IMG/VR virus record: IMGVR_UViG_3300027419_000035
Span: 1-60,381 of that record
Length of the DNA stretch: 60,381 nucleotides
Source of the DNA: a virus
Taxonomy: Duplodnaviria > Caudoviricetes
Direction: 5' to 3' (one strand)
Of the stretch, positions 30,053 through 39,304 are shown piece after piece. A program made the position numbers and the translations under genes. Numbering within the stretch: the first letter of the stretch is position 1; the number at the start of each line of letters is the position of its first letter. A model generated the notes under the pieces. The model was not told the DNA's origin. It was given only the letters and a program-made list of their open reading frames with translations, and searched no databases.

Positions 30053-30511
30053 TTATGCGGCTTCATTAAGATTGCGTTTTCCTAACCGTTCATCAATTAA
30101 CATTTCAATCTTATCTTTTGCTGTTTTTGATATATTCTCATTGCTACGTTTTATATATAATGCGTTTGCCGATGATATATGATATTCTAAAGCGCAGCCT
30201 ATTATGTTGTGTAGTCTTTCAAAAAAGCATTTATCCTCTTTTGTTTTAAAATTCCAGGCACGACCGCATTTTTTACAGTAATATGCATATACACCGGTAG
30301 TACCAAAATCATCATAATCGGTTTTTTCAATAAATTCTTCCAGCTGTTCAATAGTATAATTACCAAGAAAATCGGCAAGTTTATTATCTAAAGCCAGTGT
30401 AAATAAATTAAAATTAATCACTTCCATTCCATCGATTGAACGCGGTGTCTGCGTCTCAACGGAAGGTTCTTGTACAGTAATATTTTCCTGTACAGAAATT
30501 TCATTTTCCAT
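30053..30511 (-). CDS. Hypothetical protein (CxxC, possible Zn ribbon)
   Basis: ATG 30511; 'YCKKCG'. Confidence 0.5.
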   Translation of the reverse strand: MENEISVQENITVQEPSVETQTPRSIDGMEVINFNLFTLALDNKLADFLGNYTIEQLEEFIEKTDYDDFGTTGVYAYYCKKCGRAWNFKTKEDKCFFERLHNIIGCALEYHISSANALYIKRSNENISKTAKDKIEMLIDERLGKRNLNEAA

Positions 30512-30572
30512 TCTTTGGATCTCGTTGTTGGTGTAGTATGTTATAAGAAGGGAGAAATATCTCCCTTTAATC

Positions 30573-31178
30573 TTAATTATAAGTGGTAGAATCACCAGTG
30601 CGACTAGAACATACATATGAAGACATTTTATTAAATGCATTCACAGTACCCGGTCCGTCTGATACATATGAATAGGTGGCCGAACGCATTATGCCAAGTG
30701 ATGCTCCGACTGCGAATACATCCTGGTTTGCCCCAAGATATGTGAAATCCCATTTATAAACATCCTGTTGATGTTTTATTCTTTCAAATGCATCTGACTG
30801 TTTATATTTGGTACTTGAATTTTCTTCTCCGTCAGTTAATATTGCCACAATAACTTTTTCCGGACGATCCTTTTCATTCATCTGTGCAAGATGTTTACCT
30901 GTTTTGTCAATGATTTCACATAACACATCATATAAGGCGGTTGAACCGCTTGGATTGTATGTAATATCATCAAGATCCGGTAGTCTATTAATATCAACAA
31001 AATCAGCAACAATATTATAATCGTTACTGAATAAAACGTGTGTAATAGTTGCTGTATTAGGTAGGTCTCTCTGTGTTTTTACAAAATTATTAAAACCGCC
31101 TATAGTATCGTTTTTAATTTTGTGCATTGAACCTGATTTATCTGTAATACACACTATATGGGTATAACCTTTTTTCAT
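30573..31178 (-). CDS. von Willebrand factor A domain protein
   Basis: MIDAS motifs 'DKSGSM', 'GSTALYD', 'ILTDGEENSS', 'YLGANQD'. Confidence 0.9.
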   Translation of the reverse strand: MKKGYTHIVCITDKSGSMHKIKNDTIGGFNNFVKTQRDLPNTATITHVLFSNDYNIVADFVDINRLPDLDDITYNPSGSTALYDVLCEIIDKTGKHLAQMNEKDRPEKVIVAILTDGEENSSTKYKQSDAFERIKHQQDVYKWDFTYLGANQDVFAVGASLGIMRSATYSYVSDGPGTVNAFNKMSSYVCSSRTGDSTTYN

Positions 31179-31199
31179 GATTTCTCTTTGTAGTTATTG

Positions 31200-31484
31200 T
31201 TATTTTTCATTTCTGAGTTTTACAATAGAGTCATATGTATCTTCTTCTGCTGTTTCTATATCAAGCATATACTGGTTGTTCTCGTCAAGATAGGCATCAG
31301 AAACTGCAAGTAACCATGTTGATATTCTTGTTCCGTTTCTTTCATTGTCTTTATCGAGTATACGAAAAATGTCACCGGTCTTGATATCTTTAAAATCAAT
31401 TGTTTCATGATCTTCTTCAGAAGAGTATTTATAAATTGCTCTAAGTATAACTTTCTTTGATTCTGTATTTTGTTCTTGTTCCAT
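31200..31484 (-). CDS. Hypothetical protein
   Basis: 94 aa. Confidence 0.5.
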   Translation of the reverse strand: MEQEQNTESKKVILRAIYKYSSEEDHETIDFKDIKTGDIFRILDKDNERNGTRISTWLLAVSDAYLDENNQYMLDIETAEEDTYDSIVKLRNEK

Positions 31485-31487
31485 TTT

Positions 31488-31871
31488 CTATTTCTCTCCT
31501 ATAAACTTGTCGATTACAGGTTGAGCCTCTTTTGTCCACGCGAACAACAGTCCGCAAGTAGGACAATAGTTTAAATAACTTGCCATATTTTTCTGACTCC
31601 ATATATTTAAACTATGAATAATTACCTTAGTATAATATTCGTTATTTCTCATCCATTTTGCAACAACACTGCCATAATCTTCTTGGTCAAAATCTATCTG
31701 TTTGCCATTTAAATCATGGTCAAGCATAACAAGATCAAAATGATTATTTTTTAATTGTTCGATAGCTTCATATGAATGTTCTACTATAGTAAGATCATAT
31801 CTATCCATGTTTATCTGAAAGGCAGCAATTCTTTCTTTACTGTCCTCAAGTATTAATATCTTCTTTCTCAT
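31488..31871 (-). CDS. Receiver-fold protein (cyclic-phosphate-processing receiver type)
   Basis: 'ILILED...R', 'MLDHDL', 'IIHSLN'. Confidence 0.75.
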   Translation of the reverse strand: MRKKILILEDSKERIAAFQINMDRYDLTIVEHSYEAIEQLKNNHFDLVMLDHDLNGKQIDFDQEDYGSVVAKWMRNNEYYTKVIIHSLNIWSQKNMASYLNYCPTCGLLFAWTKEAQPVIDKFIGEK

Positions 31872-32088
31872 TCTTTAATTTATCCCATTCAGGGCATTCA
31901 AACATTGGTGTAGTGATATGGTATTTTACGCAATTATCGAATGTAGCTTGTGCAATTCTACAATTGAATAAAGTACCTGGTAAAAATTTACTGCATTTAA
32001 AACAAAGACACATATCTCTATGTTTGCCTTTTAATTCTTCAAAGACAAATACATCTTTACCATGGTGGTTATATTTTATTACTGTCAT
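31846..32088 (-). CDS. Cys-rich small protein
   Basis: 'CLCFKC...C...C...CP'. Confidence 0.55.
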   Translation of the reverse strand: MTVIKYNHHGKDVFVFEELKGKHRDMCLCFKCSKFLPGTLFNCRIAQATFDNCVKYHITTPMFECPEWDKLKNEKEDINT

Positions 32089-32121
32089 TTTATATTTTGA
32101 TTAATTAATAAAAATAGTTGG

Positions 32122-33465
32122 TTAAACAGCCAGTCTGGAATTTTGTTGTTGTTTCAGTTTCCATTCAGCAAAGGGATATTCAGGAAAGTCTATTTGTGGT
32201 ATTGATGCTCTCCCTGAGTTCAGGAATCTCGCAAAGGAGAGATCATATTCGAGAGGATTTACTTCGGTAATTTCGAGAGCATAAGCTACGATAGAGCCAG
32301 CGGCCGACCCTCTACCAGGCCCGACCGGAATTCCTGTTTTCTTTGCCCATTTTATATAGTCAGAGACCATAAGAAAATATGATGGAAACGTCATTTGTAT
32401 AATTACGGTAATCTCTTCCATTGCACGTGACATTATTTCGGCAGGAATGGGATTGCCGAATCTCATCTTTAATCCTTCTTCTACAGCTTTAATAAAAACA
32501 TCGTCTTCATCTTTAAGATCTGCTATATGAGGCAACTGGAAGTTACCAAAATCAAACTTAATATTGCAACGTTCTGCAATTTCCATAGTATTATGAACGG
32601 CTTCCGAATGACCGGGAAATCTTTTGAGCATCTCCCCCTCCGTCGGAAAAAAGTAACCGTCACCGCTATATTTTATCTTTTGCATTTTTTCATCATGCAC
32701 CGTGCAATTGCTTCTTATAGCAAGCATGATGTCATGGGCGTGTTCGTCTTCCGGTTCAACAAAATGCGTATCACCGGTAGCTATTGTTTTTAAACCCAGT
32801 TTACCGGCAGTATCAAATATTACATCTTGAACCCTGGACTCGGCCGCAATTCCATGATGTTGTACTTCAAGGTATAGTCTGTCGCCAAAAATCTTTTTAT
32901 GCCAGCCAATAACATCTTTATATGACTCTGTAAGCATCCGCGTTTCATCTTCTGAATCAAGATGAGCGCACTCGAGATCGTCCTCGCCCTCATCGTCAAT
33001 CGAATGAATGTTCAGATCTTTCAGTATCACTTTTGCTACATTGCCCTGTAAACAACCGGTCAGGCAAATTAATCCTTCATTATACTTTGCAAGCAATTCT
33101 CTGTCTATCCTGGGTTTTATATAAACAAAATCCGGATTATAACTCATCGTAACTAATTTAGTAAGATTTTTCCATCCAGTCTGATTCATTACAAGTAGAG
33201 TAAGATGATAATATTTATCTATACCATGAACCTTTTGGGTTCTATGCCGAGTACTTACATATACTTCACAACCGATTATAGGTTTGATGTCATTCTCATT
33301 GCATTCTGAATAAACTTCAAGTGCTGCACCCAACGTACCATGATCCGTTATGGCCATTGCCGAATGGCCAAAGGCTTTCGCCTTGCCGACTAGTTCGGGA
33401 ACTTTAGCTATTGAATCACGAATTGAATATATAGAATGACAATGAAGATTTATAAAATTTGACAT
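32122..33465 (-). CDS. dnaE: DNA polymerase III alpha, N-terminal half (PHP domain plus start of palm)
   Basis: 'HCHSIYS', 'ITDHG', 'GCE', 'HLTLL', 'KPRID', 'DTH', 'GPGRGSAAGSIVAYAL', 'FARFLN'. Confidence 0.93.
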   Translation of the reverse strand: MSNFINLHCHSIYSIRDSIAKVPELVGKAKAFGHSAMAITDHGTLGAALEVYSECNENDIKPIIGCEVYVSTRHRTQKVHGIDKYYHLTLLVMNQTGWKNLTKLVTMSYNPDFVYIKPRIDRELLAKYNEGLICLTGCLQGNVAKVILKDLNIHSIDDEGEDDLECAHLDSEDETRMLTESYKDVIGWHKKIFGDRLYLEVQHHGIAAESRVQDVIFDTAGKLGLKTIATGDTHFVEPEDEHAHDIMLAIRSNCTVHDEKMQKIKYSGDGYFFPTEGEMLKRFPGHSEAVHNTMEIAERCNIKFDFGNFQLPHIADLKDEDDVFIKAVEEGLKMRFGNPIPAEIMSRAMEEITVIIQMTFPSYFLMVSDYIKWAKKTGIPVGPGRGSAAGSIVAYALEITEVNPLEYDLSFARFLNSGRASIPQIDFPEYPFAEWKLKQQQNSRLAV

Positions 33466-33467
33466 TA

Positions 33468-33653
33468 TTACCTCAATGCCATTTCTTGTTCCATATCATA
33501 TACCTTATCATCAAGACGTGTAATTGTATTTTCGTATTCTTTTATCTGTCCTTTCAGATCTTCGTTTTCTACTTCGAGTTCATCAATAGCGTTTAGAAGA
33601 CTGTCTATTATATATGATATATTTTCCGCTTCTCTTTTTAATTTATAATCCAT
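33468..33653 (-). CDS. Small coiled-coil protein
   Basis: 61 aa with heptad pattern. Confidence 0.5.
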   Translation of the reverse strand: MDYKLKREAENISYIIDSLLNAIDELEVENEDLKGQIKEYENTITRLDDKVYDMEQEMALR

Positions 33654-33669
33654 TATTAATATCCTTTTA

Positions 33670-34122
33670 TTAACCTACTTTTTTATAAACAAGTAAATAT
33701 CTTTCATCAAATCTTCCGCCAGAACATTTTTTACATGAATACCGTCTTTTAGGTTGTCTATTCATATGATAAATCATATTGCAACACTGACATATGGCCT
33801 GATATTTTCCAGCCGGAATTTTTACATCTGAACTTAAATATTTTGAAGGCTCAATACCAAAAGTCCTTGCGACACGCCGCCATTTGTAGTTATGAGCTTG
33901 CCAGGGACCGACAATAGCATGAGCGACTTCATGTTTTATTATTTTTTCTATGGCTTCCATATCGTTTGTCAGTATGTACGGCAGCGAAATGTAGATAGTC
34001 TTTTCTTTGTGTGCACATCTGCCGCCAAAGCATTTTGAACGTATTATATCAACGTTCCATGTAGAAAGATTATTTTCATTCAGTATCCTCCTTGCCATCT
34101 CAAAAGTATCTTCGATTTTCAT
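33670..34122 (-). CDS. SprT-like Zn metalloprotease
   Basis: HEVAH, 'H..W', C-terminal CxxC...CxxC. Confidence 0.85.
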   Translation of the reverse strand: MKIEDTFEMARRILNENNLSTWNVDIIRSKCFGGRCAHKEKTIYISLPYILTNDMEAIEKIIKHEVAHAIVGPWQAHNYKWRRVARTFGIEPSKYLSSDVKIPAGKYQAICQCCNMIYHMNRQPKRRYSCKKCSGGRFDERYLLVYKKVG

Positions 34123-34132
34123 ATTGACTATT

Positions 34133-34588
34133 TTATTTTACCTTTTTAAATCGTTCTTTATATTCATCCAATAATGCCAGAGTTTCTTCTTCTTTTGCAG
34201 TATTAAAATCCGGATATACAAGTGTATTCTCTATTGGAGTAATATCGGTAATAAATTGCGTCTGAATCATTTGTGTTCTATAAGCGTAATAACATTCATT
34301 CTGCAGTTTAGTAAAAAACAAAGATGGTTCTCCAGATTTAACTATAGACTTGCAAAAAGGATATTTAATTAAGCTAAACGTTACATTGTCAAGAATCTGA
34401 CATTGTATCATTACCCGATTTAACGGATATGTGCCATCAATGATTTTCTGATAGTCATTTATAGCAAATAATACATCAACATCTTTTCCGTCATACCGAA
34501 TTGTAGCGGGAGCATGTATATTATTTGCTGTTTCGGGACCTTCAGCAAAAGAAACTTCGTCTTCTAATAAGAAATCATTTTCTGTCAT
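34133..34588 (-). CDS. Hypothetical protein
   Basis: 151 aa, coupled. Confidence 0.5.
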   Translation of the reverse strand: MTENDFLLEDEVSFAEGPETANNIHAPATIRYDGKDVDVLFAINDYQKIIDGTYPLNRVMIQCQILDNVTFSLIKYPFCKSIVKSGEPSLFFTKLQNECYYAYRTQMIQTQFITDITPIENTLVYPDFNTAKEEETLALLDEYKERFKKVK

Positions 34589-35345
34589 TATTTGCTCCTG
34601 CTTTAAATTTGTGACGTATTGTATAGAATATTTTTAAAGCATAATAAAATGCTTTATTACGACCACTCCATTCGCCCCGGACTTTTTCCGGATCTTCCAA
34701 TGGAACGAGTAAATAATCTCCCAACGATAACATCAGGCAGTTCTTTTTCAGAGCTTCTTCAGCAGAACCAATGTGACGATATTCGGTATTTTCAACATCT
34801 TCAAGAGTAAGATAATTGTGTGTAGAATGAGGTTGAACTTTACCGATGATTTGTTCAAAAACAATCTTATCCTCTCCGCCAACAATGATATTAAATGCGT
34901 CATATCCAAGACTGATAATCGCCTTTGGCTGTAAGATTTCCAATAATGACTGGAATATCCACAACATCTTATCAACAACTGCAGGCGGATACATGGTACC
35001 AGCCATAGGATAGAAAGGAATTATATTAACATAGACAAAGTCTTTATCAGGATTGAAACCGGCCTTTGCCGCAGCACTTTTGAATGTATGTCCGCCTGGA
35101 CCTGTGCATACGTAATCCTTATGGGTGTCATGTCGCATGGCCCAGTTTAATTCAGCGTTATCTGGATGTGTTTGTACAACCATGATTTTTGAATCAATAT
35201 TGCCGGCATATAATATATAATGAGGAGAGCCAATTCTACACCCGGTAGAATAGTTCTCAAAAGAATCTTTGATTACTTCGCTCAACGATTCTAGTTTGGT
35301 GATTTTCTCGCTAGTCATTTTTTGCTCTTTGTGATGCCTAAGCAT
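34575..35345 (-). CDS. Divergent uracil-DNA glycosylase superfamily protein (family 4-like)
   Basis: 'GNIDSKIMVV', 'GPGGHTF', 'YVNII', 'LQPKAIISLG'; catalytic motifs altered. Confidence 0.7.
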   Translation of the reverse strand: MLRHHKEQKMTSEKITKLESLSEVIKDSFENYSTGCRIGSPHYILYAGNIDSKIMVVQTHPDNAELNWAMRHDTHKDYVCTGPGGHTFKSAAAKAGFNPDKDFVYVNIIPFYPMAGTMYPPAVVDKMLWIFQSLLEILQPKAIISLGYDAFNIIVGGEDKIVFEQIIGKVQPHSTHNYLTLEDVENTEYRHIGSAEEALKKNCLMLSLGDYLLVPLEDPEKVRGEWSGRNKAFYYALKIFYTIRHKFKAGANNDRK

Positions 35346-35459
35346 CCTTAGTGGTAGTGATCTTCAGATACGGTGATATCCGAAGTTAGTGGTGAAAAAC
35401 GATTCGAAGAAACATATGATAGATAATATAAACTACCCATCATATTAACTCCCGAATCT

Positions 35460-36572
35460 TTAGGCGGCCAACGTCTTCTTCCCCTTCTTTGTAGACTTTG
35501 ACTCTTCCTCAATAATTTCTCCGGTTGTAATATCAAAGACCGGATTTAATGCTAATTTTGTTTTATCCCAAATTTTGTCGGTTAATTCATGGTTTTCTTT
35601 TAGAATACCACGGACAGTATCTATTCCCTGTCCTATTCTTTCTTCACCGAAAGAATACCAGGAGCCTGATTTTTTACATACTCCTGTATTTAACGCCAGG
35701 TTAAGTATGTCTGTTTCTCTGGAGAATCCCTCTCCTGGATAAAGCATGAAAAGACCATATTGTTTTGGAAAAGCCAATTTGTTCTTCTCAGCTTTAATTA
35801 AAATTTCTTGACCGATGAATTCAGCCATATCACCAGTTCCTTTTTCAACTTCTTCTTTACGCCTGAAGAATAACGTGCAATGGGGCGCAAATAACATTGT
35901 ATTGCCACCGGTTTGTTTCTTGCCATAGGCCATACCGCCGGAAATATTTGCACGCAACTGGTTTATATAAATAATACTTGTACCAGCCTCATTACATTTA
36001 TTGATAATTCGCGGAATATGTTCAGCAATCCTTCTTGCCAACGTTGCCATTGAATTGCTATTGGCATCGTTCTCATTTGAAGCAGATGCACCTAATGCCG
36101 GTATCGAATCGACAACAGCCAAATCAACAGCCTGATTATCGACAAGAGACTGTAAAGCATCAAATGCTTCTTCTGCATTATCTGGTTTTAACAATATAAA
36201 ATGTTCAGTATCATATATATCTATGCCAAATACATTCTTTGCATATTCAGGATCAAAACTATTTTCTTTGTCCAACCATGCAACAACCCCTCCATTCTTG
36301 ATGATTGTTCCAGCAATATATAAGGACAAAGCCGTTTTGCCGGTTGATTCCATTCCAACAAAGCTATACAGTTTGCCCATTGCAAAACCTGAATGCTCGC
36401 CAAAATATTTCCCCGATAATATTTTATTTAATGTAGGTAAAGGTAATTCGAGACGCCGGATACTTGTATCTGTCTCATATGGATCTATAAATATTTTCTT
36501 TCCTGCGTGTGCTTTTATCGCTTCGAACTGCAAGCGTGCCAGTTCAAGATTACTTGTATCTCTTTTAAACAT
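35460..36572 (-). CDS. recA: RecA recombinase
   Basis: 'GMESTGKT', 'VVDSIPAL', 'INQLR', 'TGGN', 'KNKL', 'KSGSWY', 'IGQG'. Confidence 0.95.
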   Translation of the reverse strand: MFKRDTSNLELARLQFEAIKAHAGKKIFIDPYETDTSIRRLELPLPTLNKILSGKYFGEHSGFAMGKLYSFVGMESTGKTALSLYIAGTIIKNGGVVAWLDKENSFDPEYAKNVFGIDIYDTEHFILLKPDNAEEAFDALQSLVDNQAVDLAVVDSIPALGASASNENDANSNSMATLARRIAEHIPRIINKCNEAGTSIIYINQLRANISGGMAYGKKQTGGNTMLFAPHCTLFFRRKEEVEKGTGDMAEFIGQEILIKAEKNKLAFPKQYGLFMLYPGEGFSRETDILNLALNTGVCKKSGSWYSFGEERIGQGIDTVRGILKENHELTDKIWDKTKLALNPVFDITTGEIIEEESKSTKKGKKTLAA

Positions 36573-36892
36573 TATTATATTTCTCCAATAAATTCTTTAT
36601 GATCCAACTTTTCAAGTAAGGCCGGACAAAACTCTTTCCATCTTTTAAGTTTATGATTATTTAATCTGTTTAATGTGAACCAAGAAATTTCACTACGGAA
36701 ATTATCTTGTGTAAATTTATCTTTCATAATTATACGCATAGTTGATTTGGATTGTCTTGTTACCAAAACAATATGTATCTATCTGTTACCGGAAATACCT
36801 CGAGGTAATCTTTTTGGCCCTATGAAAACTTACATTATACGACAAGGACACTTCTAATATAACGTATTTATCTAATTTCCATACTGGCATCA

Positions 36893-37186
36893 TTATTTCC
36901 TTATATATGATACCAGTTCATTCAACGAAACAATTTTCTGTTCCTGTATCTTTCCATTTAAAAAATATGTTAATGTGACCTTGCTGTCATTATTATTGGC
37001 CAACATACCAATTTCATGTTTTTTGTTTTTCATAACAAGCATTACTTTGCTTGTATTAATTTTAATCTTGCTTAATGAATCCATATCATATAGAAATGAT
37101 TCTAAAATTGTTTCCGGAACTATTTCCGGAATAACTTGCTGTTCAGCAATAACAGTTAACTGTTTTTTGTTTCCTTTTTTTGCCAT
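36893..37186 (-). CDS. Hypothetical protein
   Basis: 97 aa; first gene after the structured RNA and terminator. Confidence 0.5.
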   Translation of the reverse strand: MAKKGNKKQLTVIAEQQVIPEIVPETILESFLYDMDSLSKIKINTSKVMLVMKNKKHEIGMLANNNDSKVTLTYFLNGKIQEQKIVSLNELVSYIRK

Positions 37187-37200
37187 TATAATTTCTTTTT

Positions 37201-37229
37201 AAAAAAAGGTGGAGCCACCACACTCCACC
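37201..37229 (-). terminator. Intrinsic terminator (possible attenuator)
   Basis: GGTGGAG/CTCCACC stem plus 7 U on the - strand. Confidence 0.8.
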
Positions 37230-37240
37230 ACCCTTATTCA

Positions 37241-37351
37241 GGTACACCACCAACTAATGTCTGACGTGAGCAAAACGCCAAACACGGTTTGAGCGAGAAA
37301 AACTTTAATTAATTTCTCTTATCGCTAAAATATCCAAACTAAGTGGTGACC
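37241..37351 (-). ncRNA. Candidate structured RNA (three-way junction)
   Basis: Closing stem CACCAC/GUGGUG; arm AGCGA..AGAAA/UUUCUCGCU; 10-bp hairpin UGUUUGGCGU/ACGUCAGACA; intergenic. Confidence 0.5.
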
Positions 37352-37358
37352 TTTAAAT

Positions 37359-37832
37359 TCAGTCGTCGCTCACAATACTGTTAATATAAGTGTGATTATC
37401 ACTCGGGTATATATAATATGTATAATTTGGTATATACTGTGTCATATAAAATGGCATTATACCTAACCATTGACGATACGTATATCCAGTCGATATAAGA
37501 CTAAAATTTGTTGGCGTTATTAAATTTCCGCTAACTGTAACTATAACTTCCCGTCTTGGAATCTGTAATACGAAGAATCCAATTGAGTTTGCATTTGGAT
37601 ATTTAGCCCAGAATTCAGTTGTTTCTTCAAAGGTCATACAAGGATCTTCAACATCCCATTTTGTGGAAAGAGAATGACAAGCAATTTCATATGCTTGTAA
37701 AGTTGTACTATTAGAACATTCATTGATCTTGTTTATATCTACCGGTGTCAAAGAGTCCAACGTGAATATTATATTTTTGCCTCCTCTTTTTGGAATCAGA
37801 GTATATTTTCTTGGTCTCGTTTTTTTAATCAT
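37359..37832 (-). CDS. Hypothetical protein
   Basis: 157 aa. Confidence 0.5.
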   Translation of the reverse strand: MIKKTRPRKYTLIPKRGGKNIIFTLDSLTPVDINKINECSNSTTLQAYEIACHSLSTKWDVEDPCMTFEETTEFWAKYPNANSIGFFVLQIPRREVIVTVSGNLITPTNFSLISTGYTYRQWLGIMPFYMTQYIPNYTYYIYPSDNHTYINSIVSDD

Positions 37833-37888
37833 CTTCTTCTATATATTTAATATCAGCCCATTTCTTTTCCTGCATAGAAAATGGATCA

Positions 37889-38098
37889 TTATCTTCTGAA
37901 TAATTTTTTTATCACTGCAACGATCCTATCATTGTCATAATCCACTTCAATCATTCCGCCTTCAAGACAATCTTTGTTAAAGATACCGCCTTCAGCAAAA
38001 ACACAGAGTGTTTCTATATCATCGGTAGCTGCTTCACATATTCTGTCAAGCATAATGTCTTTAAGATGATTTACAGGTATTGTTATTTTAGTTCTCAT
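37889..38098 (-). CDS. Hypothetical protein
   Basis: 69 aa, ATGA overlap. Confidence 0.5.
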   Translation of the reverse strand: MRTKITIPVNHLKDIMLDRICEAATDDIETLCVFAEGGIFNKDCLEGGMIEVDYDNDRIVAVIKKLFRR

Positions 38099-38403
38099 TT
38101 TCTGTTCTCTATTAATTGTTTAACAGCGGTAATTTTATCTTCAAGGTTCTTACGATTAGAACTAGAACAATATGTTAATTGTTCTTCTATTTTCTTTATA
38201 TACATTTCTGCTGTTACAACTTCGTTTTTAATAGTAATAGGAGACTCAGATTCAACGGTAAAACTACCGGCACAAGTTTCTCCCCAGCCTTCATCCATAA
38301 GATCCTGATCAAGTTCACATAGTTCTTTAGATTCCATAAGCTGCGGATAAGCGCTTCCGTCCCCACCATTTTGTATACTGTAATAAAGTTTTAATTCATA
38401 CAT
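38095..38403 (-). CDS. Hypothetical phage protein
   Basis: 102 aa; 'NGGDGSAYP', 'EGWGE'. Confidence 0.55.
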   Translation of the reverse strand: MYELKLYYSIQNGGDGSAYPQLMESKELCELDQDLMDEGWGETCAGSFTVESESPITIKNEVVTAEMYIKKIEEQLTYCSSSNRKNLEDKITAVKQLIENRK

Positions 38404-38413
38404 ATATTAATTC

Positions 38414-38872
38414 CTACGCTGCCTGTTTAGCAAATTTGGTTAAATAATTGATTACAGCATCGACATCATCATAAATAATGTCAGCAGCTTCCAGAACAAA
38501 ACCATGCTGATGGATATTATCTTTTTCCATAGCAACGATTGTATGTTTTCCTTTATCATGCGCCCAAGCCAATTCCATGCAAGTGCCGATCGACACTCTC
38601 TCGGTACCGAGCAAATTGGCAAATACAATGTCTGCCTGAGAAACCATCCAACGATCACGTTCAATAATTGCATGATTGGTAGATTCAGGGTTACCATAAT
38701 TCTTAGCTTTGAACTCTATTTCTGTACGCATAAAACCTTTGCCGGTCATAGGTTGAAATACGAAGTAACCCATGCTGGTTAAAAGTTCATTCATTTTATC
38801 ATAATAGCCAATCACTTCTTCCCCATTACAACCTGAAATAGGTCTAGCAAGATATATTTTCAGTTGATTCAT
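38414..38872 (-). CDS. Nucleoside 2-deoxyribosyltransferase / nucleotide N-hydrolase-like protein
   Basis: 'IYLARPI', 'ERDRWMVSQADIV', 'SIGTCMELAWA'. Confidence 0.82.
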   Translation of the reverse strand: MNQLKIYLARPISGCNGEEVIGYYDKMNELLTSMGYFVFQPMTGKGFMRTEIEFKAKNYGNPESTNHAIIERDRWMVSQADIVFANLLGTERVSIGTCMELAWAHDKGKHTIVAMEKDNIHQHGFVLEAADIIYDDVDAVINYLTKFAKQAA

Positions 38873-39293
38873 TTGTTTCCTTTAATGTTTGTAGAATATC
38901 ACACTCTGCAGATGGAGCTGTCCAGATTTGTTTGTTTGAATGAATATTATGGATTTTATTATACAGTTTTTCAGGAGTTAATTCCAGATCGCCGAAAGTA
39001 AGTTCAATATCAATAGATATCTCTTCTTGACTTATTTCTGTTATCAACAGATCGGCATATATAAAATCACCGCCGGAAGATAATTGATCGTTAAATTCAC
39101 CGTCAATCTTAAATTGTTTGTCTGTGTACAGGTCGAAATAAAAATCCTCACTGTTAATATCTTCTTGTGTATATTCGTAATCCTCAAGAAAATCAACTAT
39201 TACATCTTCGATACGATTAGCTTTATAATATTTTGTAAAGTCCCAGTCTATGCCACCATTTAATCCAGCATACGACACTTCATAATATTTCAT
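38844..39293 (-). CDS. Acidic hypothetical protein
   Basis: 149 aa, D/E-rich. Confidence 0.5.
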   Translation of the reverse strand: MKYYEVSYAGLNGGIDWDFTKYYKANRIEDVIVDFLEDYEYTQEDINSEDFYFDLYTDKQFKIDGEFNDQLSSGGDFIYADLLITEISQEEISIDIELTFGDLELTPEKLYNKIHNIHSNKQIWTAPSAECDILQTLKETNESTENISC

Positions 39294-39304
39294 ATAAATT
39301 TCAC

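Noticed and set aside
29800-32250. Split intein or trans-splicing intron joining the dnaE halves
   Set aside because: No intein block A or terminal HN motif and no intron core near either end. The extra residues are duplicated DnaE sequence.
37241-37351. tRNA or 5S rRNA
   Set aside because: No T-loop, anticodon arm or recognisable 5S motifs. Kept only as an unknown structured RNA.
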